Shown: piece after piece, positions 23,369 through 36,985 of the stretch | Numbering within the stretch: position 1 is the first letter of the stretch | How the letters are laid out: each line of letters begins with the position of its first letter | Assembly (NCBI GenBank): GCA_964252075.1 | Contig: CAXULY010000035.1 | Coordinates: 1 to 56,983, forward strand | Reading direction: 5' to 3' | Origin: an uncultured Deinococcaceae bacterium | GTDB lineage: Bacteria > Deinococcota > Deinococci > Deinococcales > Deinococcaceae | DNA length: 56,983 nt | The notes under the pieces: model-generated | Databases searched by the model: none | Told to the model about the DNA's origin: nothing | What the model saw: only the letters and a program-made list of their open reading frames with translations | Made by a program: the position numbers and the translations under genes

Positions 23369-23540
23369 TTGTCCACAGAGTTGTCCACAGGAGGTGTGGA
23401 TCAGCGCCGTGAAACGTCTTGGATTTAGAGGTGCCGATTTGTTAAAAGCCGCTCTGGGCGCTTCTTTGGAGGATCAATCCAGCCCTCTACAACCCATGAA
23501 AAGTTATCCACAGTGAAACGGATAGCTGTGGATAACTTTT
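23369..23540. promoter_or_regulatory. DnaA-box cluster (5 boxes)
   Basis: TTGTCCACA at 23369 and 23381, TGTGGATCA at 23395, TTATCCACA at 23504, TGTGGATAA at 23527. Confidence 0.75.
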
Positions 23541-23581
23541 CGCCGTTTGAGCCGTTTATCATGAGACTCACCATTAGCTCA

Positions 23582-24178
23582 TCAATCTTTGCACACAACG
23601 GCGTGTACGAAGGCCCGCACACGGTCTCTGTCTTTTACACCCGGTCGCTGCTCCAGGCGACTCACAGCGTCCACGCCCGCAGGACTCAGGGCCTCCATGG
23701 CCGCCCGCACGTTCTCCGGCCCCAGCCCACCCGCCAGCCACGCGCCGTGCGGGAAGTCCGGCGCGAGCGCGGCCCAGTCCAGCGGCTGTCCACTGCCCGG
23801 CGCGGGCGCATCGAACATCAGGGTCAGGTTTGGGTGCGGGGGCGGCAGGGCGTCGCCGGGCTTCAGCACCCGCAGCACCGGGAACGCCCCCAGCAGGCGC
23901 GCCCAGCCGTCCCCCGGCAGGTCGCCGTGCACCTGCACGGCACTCACACGCGCCGCCTCCGCCGTCCGCAGGATGTCCTCCACGCCCTGCCCCATGAATA
24001 CCCCCACGCGCCCCACTGCGGGACCCACCGCGAGGCTCACCTCCCGCGCCACCTCCACGCCCACGAGGCGTTTGCTGACCGGCGCGAAGATCAGCCCGAT
24101 GGCGTCCGCGCCCGCCTCCGCCGCGAGCAGTGCGTCGGGGACGCTGGTGGTGCCGCACACCTTCACCCGCACCCGCAC
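23582..24178 (-). CDS. trpF: Phosphoribosylanthranilate isomerase
   Basis: Motifs [42 protein letters not shown]. Confidence 0.92.
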   Translation of the reverse strand: MRVRVKVCGTTSVPDALLAAEAGADAIGLIFAPVSKRLVGVEVAREVSLAVGPAVGRVGVFMGQGVEDILRTAEAARVSAVQVHGDLPGDGWARLLGAFPVLRVLKPGDALPPPHPNLTLMFDAPAPGSGQPLDWAALAPDFPHGAWLAGGLGPENVRAAMEALSPAGVDAVSRLEQRPGVKDRDRVRAFVHAVVCKD

Positions 24179-24180
24179 GC

Positions 24181-25116
24181 TCAGCCCTCCCCGATCGCGG
24201 CGCGCAGGTCCAGCGCCAGCACCTGAAAGGCGAGGCTGGGGCTCACGTACTGCTCCAGCGCCGCCAGCAGCCGCTCCAGCGCGTCGTCCGCGCCCGCGCG
24301 CGCGGCGGGCGAGAGGTCCTGCCACACGAAGCGCAGCGCCTCCGGGTGCCACAGGGGATCGAAGCGCTTCTCAAGCGCCTCCGCGCCCTCCAGGGCGGGC
24401 AGCATGCCGTCCTGCAGGGCCGCGTGGAAGGCCCGCGCTTCCGCGAGCACCGCGCGCGCCCGCTCGCGCTCCACGATGACGCCCGGTCGTCCCGCCGCGA
24501 AGGCCAGCAGCTCCGCGTCCGGCGCCTCACCGAGGCGCGCAAGCGCGGCGGCCAGCTCGCGGTCCGCGAGGGGATTCACGTTCAGGCGCGCGCAGCGGCT
24601 CACGATGGTGGGCAGCACCGCCCCCACCTCCTCCGTCAGGAACACGAACAGCGCCCGGTGCGGCGGCTCCTCCACGCTCTTCAGGATGGCGTTCGCGGCC
24701 TCCGCGCTCATGAACTCCGCGCCGTCCACGACCGCCACCTTGCGGCGCACGGTGGGCGCCGTCTCCAGCCACGTCACGAGCGGCGGCGCGTCCCCCTCCG
24801 TGTCACCGCGGCCCTCCACCATCACGCCCACCGGGATGATGCGGCGCCGCGCCGCCTTGCCGGTGGAGGTCACGGCGCGCGGCCCGATCTCCAGCAGGTC
24901 CGGGTGCGCGCCCGCCAGCGCCTGACGGCACGACGGGCACACCCCGCACGGCGCATCCAGCTCCCGGCAGTTCACGAGCGCCGCGATGTGCCGCGCCAGC
25001 ACGCGCTTCCCCACGCGCGCCGGGCCGGACAGCAGCAGCGCGTGCCCCTGGTGCGCACGCAGCTCCGCGAGCAGCGCCGCGTGCCCGATCAGGCCGCCCG
25101 GCGCGGTGAGCGTCAT
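24181..25116 (-). CDS. holB: DNA polymerase III delta-prime subunit
   Basis: Motifs [13 protein letters not shown], zinc [32 protein letters not shown]. Confidence 0.9.
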   Translation of the reverse strand: MTLTAPGGLIGHAALLAELRAHQGHALLLSGPARVGKRVLARHIAALVNCRELDAPCGVCPSCRQALAGAHPDLLEIGPRAVTSTGKAARRRIIPVGVMVEGRGDTEGDAPPLVTWLETAPTVRRKVAVVDGAEFMSAEAANAILKSVEEPPHRALFVFLTEEVGAVLPTIVSRCARLNVNPLADRELAAALARLGEAPDAELLAFAAGRPGVIVERERARAVLAEARAFHAALQDGMLPALEGAEALEKRFDPLWHPEALRFVWQDLSPAARAGADDALERLLAALEQYVSPSLAFQVLALDLRAAIGEG

Positions 25117-25874
25117 CGCCCCACCCCCAGGCGGTCCGCGAGGACGCCCGGCAGGCCCGCCGCGCGGATCTCCGCCTGCGTGCGCGGCACGTCGTACGGC
25201 ACGCGCAGCACCTCGAACGCGCCGCGGCGCGAGTCGAACAGCGCGTAACTGGCGCGCGGGTCGCCGTCACGCGGCTGCCCCACGCTGCCGGGGTTCAGGA
25301 TGGCGCGCACGCTGGGCGGCACCATGTACGTGCCGCCCTCGCTGAGGGACTGGTGCTTCGTCCAGCCGCCCACCGGCGCGGACAGCGTCACGAAGGCGCC
25401 CGGCTGGTGCGTGTGCCCCACGAAGGCCAAGCGCCCACCCCAGTCCGCGAAGGCCTCACGGGCGCTCACCAGGGAATCCACGTAGGTGTTCAGGTCGGTG
25501 GGGCTGCCGTGGCGGTAGCGGGCGCCCACCTCGGCGTCCTCCACGCCGTCCGGCCAGCGCCGCACGAAATCCAGGTCGCCCGGCGCGAGCTGCGCGAGCT
25601 GCCACGTGAGCGCCTGCCGCACGATGCCGTCCCCGATGGGCGCCTCGCCACGCGCGAGCGCCAGCGCCCACACGTCGTGGTTGCCGGGCACGCTGGTCGG
25701 CGTGAGGTCCCGCAGGCGCGCGAGCACCTCGGCGGGGCGCGGCCCGTACCCGAGGGCGTCCCCCAGGAACACTGCGCGGTCGTACCCACGGCGGTCCGCG
25801 TCCGCCATGACCGCCTCCAGCGCGGCGAGGTTGGCGTGAATGTCGGAGAGCACGAGCAGGCGCACGACCCCCAT
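25113..25874 (-). CDS. Metallophosphoesterase
   Basis: Motifs SDIHAN, GDALGYG, GNHD, GHTH, NPGSVGQPRDGDPRASY. Confidence 0.9.
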   Translation of the reverse strand: MGVVRLLVLSDIHANLAALEAVMADADRRGYDRAVFLGDALGYGPRPAEVLARLRDLTPTSVPGNHDVWALALARGEAPIGDGIVRQALTWQLAQLAPGDLDFVRRWPDGVEDAEVGARYRHGSPTDLNTYVDSLVSAREAFADWGGRLAFVGHTHQPGAFVTLSAPVGGWTKHQSLSEGGTYMVPPSVRAILNPGSVGQPRDGDPRASYALFDSRRGAFEVLRVPYDVPRTQAEIRAAGLPGVLADRLGVGR

Positions 25875-25943
25875 GATAGTGCGCCTCACGCGCGCCGGGA
25901 ACGGATGCGCCCCACGGCGCGCGCCGGGCGTATCATCGGCCTT

Positions 25944-26654
25944 ATGTCCCGCCCCCTCATCGGCCTCACCACCTCCCAAAGCCGCGACCCTGCCCTCGGG
26001 CGGCTCTTCAACGGCGTCTCCCGGTACTACACCGAGGGCCTGGGGGCGGTGGGCGCGCTGCCGCTGCTGCTGCCCAACCAGCCGGACCTCGCCACCGAGT
26101 ACGCGCGCCGCCTGGACGCGGTGCTGTTCACGGGCGGCGTGGATATTCACCCCGCGCTGTACGGCGAGGCGCCCCGCCGTGGACTCGGCGAGGTGGACGA
26201 GGAGCGCGACGCCTTTGAGGTCGCGCTGTACCGCGAGCTGCGCGCCCTCGGGAAGCCCGCCTTCGGCATCTGCCGGGGCTTCCAGCTCATCAATGCGCTG
26301 GAGGGCGGCACGCTCATCCAGCACCTGCCGGACGCGCCGGAGTTCTGGGCGGACCACAGCCAGGTCGCGCGCCCGCCCGTGCTGGGGCACGACGTGCACC
26401 TCACGGAGGGCAGCGCGCTGGCGCGCGCGCACGGCGTGGCGACCGTGCGCGTGAACAGTTACCACCACCAGGGTGTGCGGGACCTCGCGCCCACCCTGCG
26501 CGCCACCGCCACCGCGCCCGACGGCCTCATCGAGGCGGTCGAGGGGGACGGGCTGATCGCCGTGCAGTGGCACCCGGAGCTGACCTTCGACGCGCACCCG
26601 CAGACCCTCGGGACCTTCAGGGCCTTCGCGGCGCTGCTGGGCGTGCCCGCCTGA
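25944..26654 (+). CDS. Peptidase C26 / gamma-glutamyl-GABA hydrolase-like class I amidotransferase
   Basis: Motifs FTGGVDIHP, GICRGFQ, NSYHHQG, VQWHPE. Confidence 0.9.
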   Translation: MSRPLIGLTTSQSRDPALGRLFNGVSRYYTEGLGAVGALPLLLPNQPDLATEYARRLDAVLFTGGVDIHPALYGEAPRRGLGEVDEERDAFEVALYRELRALGKPAFGICRGFQLINALEGGTLIQHLPDAPEFWADHSQVARPPVLGHDVHLTEGSALARAHGVATVRVNSYHHQGVRDLAPTLRATATAPDGLIEAVEGDGLIAVQWHPELTFDAHPQTLGTFRAFAALLGVPA

Positions 26655-26655
26655 C

Positions 26656-27171
26656 ATGATCGCGCCCCTCACGTGGACGGACCTGTACGGCGCCCTGCAC
26701 GCCGCGTGGCGGGGCCTGCCGGGCGGGCACCGCTGGCTGGTGAGCTGCGCGCCGGAGCACGCGCAGGACGTGGCGCGCCTGCTCCCCACGCACTTCAAGG
26801 GCGAGGTGCAGCTGCTCGTCACGGACACCCTCACGCCGCTGCAGGAGACCGTGCGGGCGTGGGCGCCGCGCGGCGTGCTGATCGTGGACCGCGACCTGAC
26901 CGGCGGGCCGGGCCTCACGCTGCCCGAACGGGCCGTGCAGGCGGACGGCCTCACGTACCGCGAGGGCGGCGTGCTCCCCGCGTGGCGCTCCGCGCTGCCC
27001 GGCGCGGGCCCGGAGGGCGAGTGCGCGGCGGCGTCTGCCGTCTCGGCGCTCGGCGTGCCCGTCCTGGTCTGCTCGCCCGCGCGCGTCGCGGAGGGGCTGC
27101 TCGCGTGGTGGCGCCTCACCCCGCACGCCCTCACCCCGGAGCCGGGCCCGCGCGCAACTGAAACCCGCTGA
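26656..27171 (+). CDS. Hypothetical protein
   Basis: ORF starting 1 nt after the previous stop; typical codon bias; no motif recognised. Confidence 0.65.
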   Translation: MIAPLTWTDLYGALHAAWRGLPGGHRWLVSCAPEHAQDVARLLPTHFKGEVQLLVTDTLTPLQETVRAWAPRGVLIVDRDLTGGPGLTLPERAVQADGLTYREGGVLPAWRSALPGAGPEGECAAASAVSALGVPVLVCSPARVAEGLLAWWRLTPHALTPEPGPRATETR

Positions 27172-27209
27172 ACGGTGAGGGGCGCCGCCGCGCGCTATCC
27201 CGGACGGGT

Positions 27210-28349
27210 ATGACGTCTGGCGCGCCCGCCCTCGACCCCACCGTCCGGCACCTGTACGTGCACGTGCCCTTCTGCCCCAGCATATGCCCGTACTGCGACT
27301 TCCACGTGCTGACGCGCCGCGCCGGGCAGGTGGAGGCGTACCTCGCGCAGCTGGAGGTGCAGGCCGCGGCGCTCGCCGCGCGCTACGCGGTGGACCTCGA
27401 CACGGTGTACCTGGGGGGCGGCACGCCCAGCTTCCTGCGCGACCACGAGCTGGCCGCGCTGGTCGGCACGGTGCGGCGGCACCTCGGGTGGGGCCGGCAG
27501 GAGAACACCCTGGAGGTGAACCCCGGCACCGTGAGCCCCGAGCGCGCCGCGCACTGGCGCTCGCTGGGCTTCGACCGCGCGAGCGTGGGCGTGCAGAGCC
27601 TGAACGACGACACCCTGCGCTTCCTGGGCCGCCAGCACGACGCCGGGCAGGCGCGCGCGGCGGTCATGGAGCTGCGCGCGGCGGGCTTCCGGGTGTCCGG
27701 GGACCTCATCACGGCGGTGCCCGGCCAGGACCTCGCGGCGGACGTGGAGGGCCTCGTGGGTCTGGGCGTGGAGCACGTGAGCGCCTACACCCTCACCATC
27801 GAGCCCGGCACGGAGTTCGCGCGGCGCGGCGTCACGGTCGCGGAGGAGGATGAGCAGGAGGGCTTCACGCGCACCGCCGAACTCCTCGCGCGGCACGGCT
27901 TCACACGCTACGAACTCAGCAATTACGCGCGGCCCGGCGCGGAGTCCCGCCACAACCTCGCGTACTGGCGCAACCGCTTCTACCTGGGCCTCGGGCCGGG
28001 CGCCGCCGGTCATTACCCCCTGCCGCCGTCCGGGGACGGGCTGCTCGGGGAGCGCGTCACGCAGCCGCACCTGCACGACTGGCTGGCGGGCGAGCGGGCC
28101 GAACGGGACCTCATCACGCCCGAGGAGTACGTCACGGACGCCCTCTTCATGGGCCTGCGCCTCGCGGACGGCGTGGACCTGCGCGACCTGACCGGGCGAA
28201 GTGGCCTGGATGTGCGCGCCCGCTACGGGGCGGTCATCGCGGAGCAGGCGCGCCTGGGCCTGCTGGCGCTGGACGGCGACCAGTTGCGCGCCACGCCCGA
28301 GGGCCAGTGGGTGCTGAACCGCGTGGTGACGGCCTTCCTGGAGGCATAA
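27210..28349 (+). CDS. hemW: Radical SAM heme chaperone HemW (HemN-like)
   Basis: Motifs [36 protein letters not shown]. Confidence 0.9.
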   Translation: MTSGAPALDPTVRHLYVHVPFCPSICPYCDFHVLTRRAGQVEAYLAQLEVQAAALAARYAVDLDTVYLGGGTPSFLRDHELAALVGTVRRHLGWGRQENTLEVNPGTVSPERAAHWRSLGFDRASVGVQSLNDDTLRFLGRQHDAGQARAAVMELRAAGFRVSGDLITAVPGQDLAADVEGLVGLGVEHVSAYTLTIEPGTEFARRGVTVAEEDEQEGFTRTAELLARHGFTRYELSNYARPGAESRHNLAYWRNRFYLGLGPGAAGHYPLPPSGDGLLGERVTQPHLHDWLAGERAERDLITPEEYVTDALFMGLRLADGVDLRDLTGRSGLDVRARYGAVIAEQARLGLLALDGDQLRATPEGQWVLNRVVTAFLEA

Positions 28350-28419
28350 AAAAGACCGCCCTTCTCAGGCGGTGATAAACAAAGGATAGCGCGGTATGCA
28401 CGCCGGGTCAAGGTCATGC
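28348..28419 (-). repeat. Promoter-hairpin-U-tract unit, copy 1 (candidate ~29-nt RNA 28376-28348)
   Basis: Minus strand TTGACC-N17-TATCCT-N6-ATCACCGCCTGAGAAGGGCGGTCTTTTTT; direct repeat of copy 2. Confidence 0.75.
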
Positions 28420-28457
28420 AGCGACCGCGGACCGCTAAGTTCATCGCACCCAACCAA

Positions 28458-28492
28458 AGCAGGTGGGCGACCCTAAGGGTCGCCCACCTGCT
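28458..28492. repeat. Perfect 35-bp palindrome between the two units
   Basis: AGCAGGTGGGCGACCCT-A-AGGGTCGCCCACCTGCT. Confidence 0.9.
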
Positions 28493-28503
28493 GTCGAGGC
28501 ATG

Positions 28504-28572
28504 AAAAAACCGCCCTCTCAGGCGGTGATGACAATAAAATAGCGCGGTATGCAGGCACCGTCAAGGGTATGC
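28504..28572 (-). repeat. Promoter-hairpin-U-tract unit, copy 2 (candidate ~26-nt RNA 28529-28504)
   Basis: Minus strand TTGACG-N17-TATTTT-N6-ATCACCGCCTGAGAGGGCGGTTTTTT. Confidence 0.75.
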
Positions 28573-28620
28573 GCATGAACGCCGCAATCACCCGGCTCTT
28601 GCGGAGCCGGGCCGGGGACT

Positions 28621-29673
28621 TCAGGCGAGTTCGGCTTTCGGGGTGAGGCCCTGGGCCTGCTCCCACGCGTAGAACTCCGGCTTGTAGAATTCCAGGCGCA
28701 CCTTCTTGAATTCCTTCGTGCTGTACAGGATGGCGTGGTCGATGCCCTGCGCCACCTCGTCCGCGATCGCCTGGATCTTCCCGAAGGCCTCCTCCTTGCT
28801 GCGCCCGTGCACCATCGTGAAGATCGTGTAGGGCCACTCCGGGTAGGTGGGACGCAGGTAGCAGTGACTGACGGCCTTGAATTCCGCCATGCGCCGCCCG
28901 GTCTCCGCGACCTCGTCCTGCGGCACCGCCCACACGCCCATGGCGTTGAAGGTGAAACCCGCCGACTGGTGCCTGAACACCGCCGACACGCGCCGCAGGG
29001 CGCCCGCCGCCTTCATGCGCTCCGCGTGCGCCGCGACGTCCTCGATGCTCAGGCCCAGCGCGGCGCAGGCGTCCGCGTAGGGTTCCTCGGTGATGGGCAG
29101 GTCCTTCTGGAACTCCGTCACGAAGGCCCGGTCGAGGTCCGTCACGGCGTACCCGATGTTGCGCTGCTCGTTCGTGTACTGCGGGCGGGACTTGGCGTTC
29201 CAGTCCTCGGTGCCCGTCATGTCGAACTCCACCCCGATCTTGAAGAGGTGCAGCGTCGGCATGAGGCGCGTGACTTTCGCGCCGGACAGCTCGTGCAGGT
29301 GCTGCACGTGCGCCTGTAGGTCACTCTCGGGCGGCACCGCGATGGTGTACCACAGGTTGAAGTCGTGGTTGCGGCGGTAGTTGTGGCTCACGCCGGGGTG
29401 ACCGTTCACAATCTCGGCGCCCGCGTCGAGCTGGTCCTCGTCGTACACCGCCGCCACGAGGCTCGACTGGTACCCGAGCGTGCGCGTATCGAAAATTGCG
29501 GAGACCTGCCGCAGCACGCCCTTGGCTTTCTCGTCGCGCAGGATCGCGAGCGCCTCCGCCTCGCTCAGCCCGACCTCCTCGGCCAGGACGCGGTAGGGGC
29601 GCGCGGTGATGGGAATGTCGCGCTGGATGCGGTTCAGGAGCAACTCGCGCGGGGTGACCTCGGTGGCCGTCAT
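28621..29673 (-). CDS. Fused AhbA/AhbB (NirDL-like) siroheme decarboxylase, Lrp/AsnC fold
   Basis: Two repeats with GVSHNYRR...NLWYT and VSHCYLRPTYPEWPYTIFTMVHG. TAGCCT-N6-ATG start. Confidence 0.82.
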   Translation of the reverse strand: MTATEVTPRELLLNRIQRDIPITARPYRVLAEEVGLSEAEALAILRDEKAKGVLRQVSAIFDTRTLGYQSSLVAAVYDEDQLDAGAEIVNGHPGVSHNYRRNHDFNLWYTIAVPPESDLQAHVQHLHELSGAKVTRLMPTLHLFKIGVEFDMTGTEDWNAKSRPQYTNEQRNIGYAVTDLDRAFVTEFQKDLPITEEPYADACAALGLSIEDVAAHAERMKAAGALRRVSAVFRHQSAGFTFNAMGVWAVPQDEVAETGRRMAEFKAVSHCYLRPTYPEWPYTIFTMVHGRSKEEAFGKIQAIADEVAQGIDHAILYSTKEFKKVRLEFYKPEFYAWEQAQGLTPKAELA

Positions 29674-29799
29674 GCCCTCAGGCTAGCAGGGCGCCGTGAG
29701 GCAGATATCCCGGCAAGCCTTAGGGTTCAGGCGCCCGTCAGGACGCCACACCCCCGAAGACCTCCAGCGCACCCGCCCCGCCTTCGGTCTTCCGCCTGG

Positions 29800-30183
29800 T
29801 CAGCCGACCTCAGCGATCAGCTCGATCTCGACCAGCACATCCCGCGGGAGGCGCGCCACCTCCACGGTGCTGCGTGCCGGGTAGGGCTCCGTGAAGTACT
29901 CGGCGTACACAGCGTTCAGGCGCGGGAAGTCGTTCATGTCCTTCACGAACACGGTGGCCTTCACGACGCGCGAGAAGTCCGTGCCGGCGGCGTCCAGCAC
30001 CGCGCGCAGGTTCGCGAACACCTGCCGCGCCTGCACCTCGACGTCACCCGTGACGAGGTCGCCACCGGGCGTGAGGGCAATCTGGCCACTCGTGAAGAGC
30101 AACCCGGCGCCGCTGCGCACCGCCTGACTGTAGGGGCCGATGGCGGCGGGCGCCTGATCCGTCTGAACAGCTTCTTTCGTCAT
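29800..30183 (-). CDS. ridA: RidA (YjgF/YER057c/UK114) deaminase
   Basis: Motifs APAAIGPYSQAV, FTSGQI, PARSTVEVARLP. Confidence 0.93.
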   Translation of the reverse strand: MTKEAVQTDQAPAAIGPYSQAVRSGAGLLFTSGQIALTPGGDLVTGDVEVQARQVFANLRAVLDAAGTDFSRVVKATVFVKDMNDFPRLNAVYAEYFTEPYPARSTVEVARLPRDVLVEIELIAEVG

Positions 30184-31238
30184 TGGTACTCCTCGCGGTT
30201 GGGGGTGGCGGCGTCCACTTCAGGCACCAGGGGGTCGGAGGGGGACGGGGGTCGTCTGGGGGGCCGCAGGCGGCGCCACCACATGCCGAGCAGCACCGCG
30301 GCGAGCAGCAGGGCGCCCAGGGCGCCCACCAGCACGCGGCGCTCCGGATACAGCACCATGCCGAGCAGCGTCAGGTACACCACGGTGAGCGCCACGTATG
30401 CGAGCGGCCCGCGCTGCGAGCGGCTGTTCAGGTACACGCCGACCTCGAAAGGGCCGCCCTCCAAGCGCGGCGGCAGCGCGTACGCGGGCCGCGCGGCCTG
30501 CCCCTGCACATCCACGACGATCACCGTGATGTTGTCCGGACCGCCCGCCTCATTCGCCGCCTGCACGAGGGCGCGCGCCGCGTCACTGGGGTCCGGGTGG
30601 CTGGTGAGTCGCGCCTTGATGTCCGCGTCCGCCACCGCCACCGTCAGGCCGTCACTGCACAGCAGCAGGCGGTCGCCGCGCTGCGCCACGAAGCCGAAGA
30701 GGTCCATGCGCGCCTGCTCCTCGCCACCCAGCGCGTTCGAGACGATGTTCCGCCACTGGTGACCCTGCGCTTCCTGCGGCGTCATGAGGCCCAGCCGCAC
30801 CTGCTCCGCCACCCACGAGTGGTCCTCGGTGAGCTGCTGCAGTTCACCGCCGCGCAGCAGGTACGCGCGCGAATCCCCCACGTGCCCCACGATGGCGGCC
30901 GCGCCGTCCAGCACCAGCGTGATGAGGGTGGTGCCCATGCCGCTCGCCTGCCCCGTCGCGCGCTGCATCACCGCGAGGTTCGCGGCCTGCACGGCCTGCG
31001 CGAGCCGCTCCGGGGGACGCCCGCGGCCCTTCAGGTAGGCGCTTTGCAGGGCGTCCAGCGCGATGTTCGACGCGAGTTCCCCCGCCGCATGTCCGCCCAT
31101 GCCGTCCGCAACGGCGTACAGGCCGCCGCCCGGCAACTCCAGCGCGAGGGCCGCGTCCTGATTGACCCCACCTCCGCGCTGGCGTCCGGTGTCGCTGAGC
31201 AGGCCCGAGTTGGGATTCGGCGTTGCGCTGCGGCGCAT
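30180..31238 (-). CDS. PP2C-family Ser/Thr phosphatase with C-terminal TM helices
   Basis: Motifs NQD, VADGMGGH, GMGTT, HVGDSRAY, LCSDGL, GGPDNITV. Confidence 0.92.
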   Translation of the reverse strand: MRRSATPNPNSGLLSDTGRQRGGGVNQDAALALELPGGGLYAVADGMGGHAAGELASNIALDALQSAYLKGRGRPPERLAQAVQAANLAVMQRATGQASGMGTTLITLVLDGAAAIVGHVGDSRAYLLRGGELQQLTEDHSWVAEQVRLGLMTPQEAQGHQWRNIVSNALGGEEQARMDLFGFVAQRGDRLLLCSDGLTVAVADADIKARLTSHPDPSDAARALVQAANEAGGPDNITVIVVDVQGQAARPAYALPPRLEGGPFEVGVYLNSRSQRGPLAYVALTVVYLTLLGMVLYPERRVLVGALGALLLAAVLLGMWWRRLRPPRRPPSPSDPLVPEVDAATPNREEYQ

Positions 31239-31385
31239 GGCATCAATATAAGCGACCCGTGAGGCGGGCGCGCGCGCACCTGCCCGCGCGCCCGGAGGTG
31301 CGCCGTGCTTTCCTCAGGCCAGCGTCCGGGGACGGCGTTCCCAAGAATGCCGTTGCGCTCCCGCAGGTTGAAGTCAGGGGCGTGA

Positions 31386-35266
<3,881 letters not shown>

Positions 35267-35321
35267 AGGTTTTTCCCGGCGTGCGGGCGTGCTATGATTT
35301 GCACGCCCCACGCGGGCGCGT

Positions 35322-35471
<150 letters not shown>

Positions 35472-35477
35472 CACGCA

Positions 35478-35509
35478 GGCGACCCTCGACGTGAGGGTCG
35501 CCGTTCTTT
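35478..35509 (+). terminator. Intrinsic terminator after the tRNA-Pro-Gly pair
   Basis: GGCGACCCTC-gacgt-GAGGGTCGCC followed by GTTCTTT. Confidence 0.7.
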
Positions 35510-35536
35510 AACGCGCACGCTATTCTGAACGGGCGT

Positions 35537-35613
35537 GCGCCCCTAGCTCAGCTGGATAGAGCAGCCGCCTTCTAAGCGGCCGGTCGCAGGTTCGAATCCT
35601 GCGGGGCGCGCCA
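35537..35613 (+). tRNA. tRNA-Arg(TCT)
   Basis: Acceptor GCGCCCC/GGGGCGC plus GCCA; anticodon arm GCCGC-CTTCTAA-GCGGC. Confidence 0.96.
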
Positions 35614-35976
35614 AAAGGAAAGCTGTCTGAGACAGCAAAAATACCAACACCCCCAGAGCATAGACGTGGCTTCGGGGGTGTTGTGGTTCAGGACGACATG
35701 GGGCATAACAGCGGACGGTGTTATGTTATGCGCGCCACTCGCAAATAAGTCCCCACACAGCCAGTACCGTGGCACCATGCCCTCGCCTGCTGCTCCTGGC
35801 CCTCTCCGAACGACATACATCAACGAGCAGGGTGTTATGCACAGTGACGCGCGACGGTGAGACCGTGTGCAGTGGTGTACGCGTGGCAGGCCGTATCATA
35901 CGCTTGATTTCCCAACGCCTGCTCCTGGGTGTTCATGCGAATGTAACAGCGGCGGGGCGAGTCAATGTTTAGAACC

Positions 35977-36474
35977 TCACTTGTCGCTGAGTGTCAGCGT
36001 GCACGTGCCGAGGCCGGTCATGTCACCTGTTTTGAGGTAGCGCATTAGCGCGTCATTGGGCGCTTGGGTGCTGAAGGCGCCGGTGAAACCAGTCGCCGCG
36101 TCTGCCGGTTTGGGGTTCGGCATCGCACACAAACCAGTGGTCTGACGCTTCTCAGCATCAATGGTGGTCTGAATCTCAGCCGCCATGAGCGCGGGCGTTC
36201 CATCGGTAATACTGGCGAAATAGGCGAGCGTGGTGGTGTGCATTGTCGTCCCGACCGGGGTGTTCTGAATCCTGTACTCAACCGAGTTGGGCTTCACCTC
36301 TGGTGCTTCCAGCACCGACGTGTACGACACGTGTTTGCCGTCGACAGTTACCGCATTGACCGTCCAAGTTTGGCCGACATGCAGGTAGGCGGGCGCTTGG
36401 GCGGAGGGACTCTGGTGCGTGGGTGCGCAGGCGGCGAGGGCGAGGGGCAGAGCGATCAAAACCAGTCGTTTCAT
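35977..36474 (-). CDS. Hypothetical lipoprotein
   Basis: Lipobox MKRLVLIALPLALAA-C. Confidence 0.8.
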   Translation of the reverse strand: MKRLVLIALPLALAACAPTHQSPSAQAPAYLHVGQTWTVNAVTVDGKHVSYTSVLEAPEVKPNSVEYRIQNTPVGTTMHTTTLAYFASITDGTPALMAAEIQTTIDAEKRQTTGLCAMPNPKPADAATGFTGAFSTQAPNDALMRYLKTGDMTGLGTCTLTLSDK

Positions 36475-36556
36475 GTGGCCTACATCCTGCCGCAAGCTGG
36501 TGCTCCTGTCTGCCTCACTTATGGCCTCACCCTCTCTCGTGAACAGTGACGCGCCG

Positions 36557-36943
36557 TCACTGCTTCAGGACGGTGAACATGCCGTCCTAGGTCCCGAACA
36601 CCGTGGCCGTGTACTGGGACGCTCCCGCGTACTCACCTCCGGACACTGAACCGGTGAACGAGTAGGTCTCCTGCGCGCTGGGATGCGCGGTGAGGGTGTT
36701 GCCACGGAGTGTTCCGCTGATGGGGCCACGGTCACCGAACGGTGTGTCTGGGCCCGCGCTGTAGACTTTGACAGTCACGGCATTGCCGGATTGCGTAAAG
36801 GTGAAGGTCAGGTCATCAAGGCTGACGTTGGCGCTGAGCTTTCCCTACCAGGTGCCCATCACGTCAACAGTCACACCCCCTGAGGGCGAGCCACAGGCGA
36901 CAAGGGCGAGGGCGACGACAGGCAGAATCAACAGCTTTTTTAT
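36557..36943 (-). pseudogene. Lipoprotein paralogue pseudogene
   Basis: AGGAGAG RBS, start mutated to ATA, KKLLILPVVALALVA-CGSPSGG. In-frame TAG at 36845-36847 and 36587-36589, where the paralogue at 37894-38289 has Gln. Confidence 0.85.
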
Positions 36944-36985
36944 GGCTCTCCTTGAACGAAACCGCTCATCAAATCTGACGCCGCC

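Noticed and set aside
23369..23540. oriC call
   Set aside because: Only five boxes, no dnaA/dnaN adjacent and no clear unwinding element; kept as a DnaA-box cluster.
28348..28572. Mini CRISPR array
   Set aside because: Only two diverged ~70-bp units, 153 bp apart, with promoter features and no cas genes.
35703..35840. Integron attC-like site (GCATAAC...GTTATGC)
   Set aside because: Single copy, weak internal pairing, not adjacent to a stop codon, no intI, and no similar sites between the island genes.
36557..36943. TAG-to-Gln recoding (genetic code 15) or amber read-through in the island
   Set aside because: The same gene also lost its ATG, a neighbour has TGG>TAG plus a frameshift, and intact island genes have no in-frame TAG. 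Ordinary transition decay is simpler.
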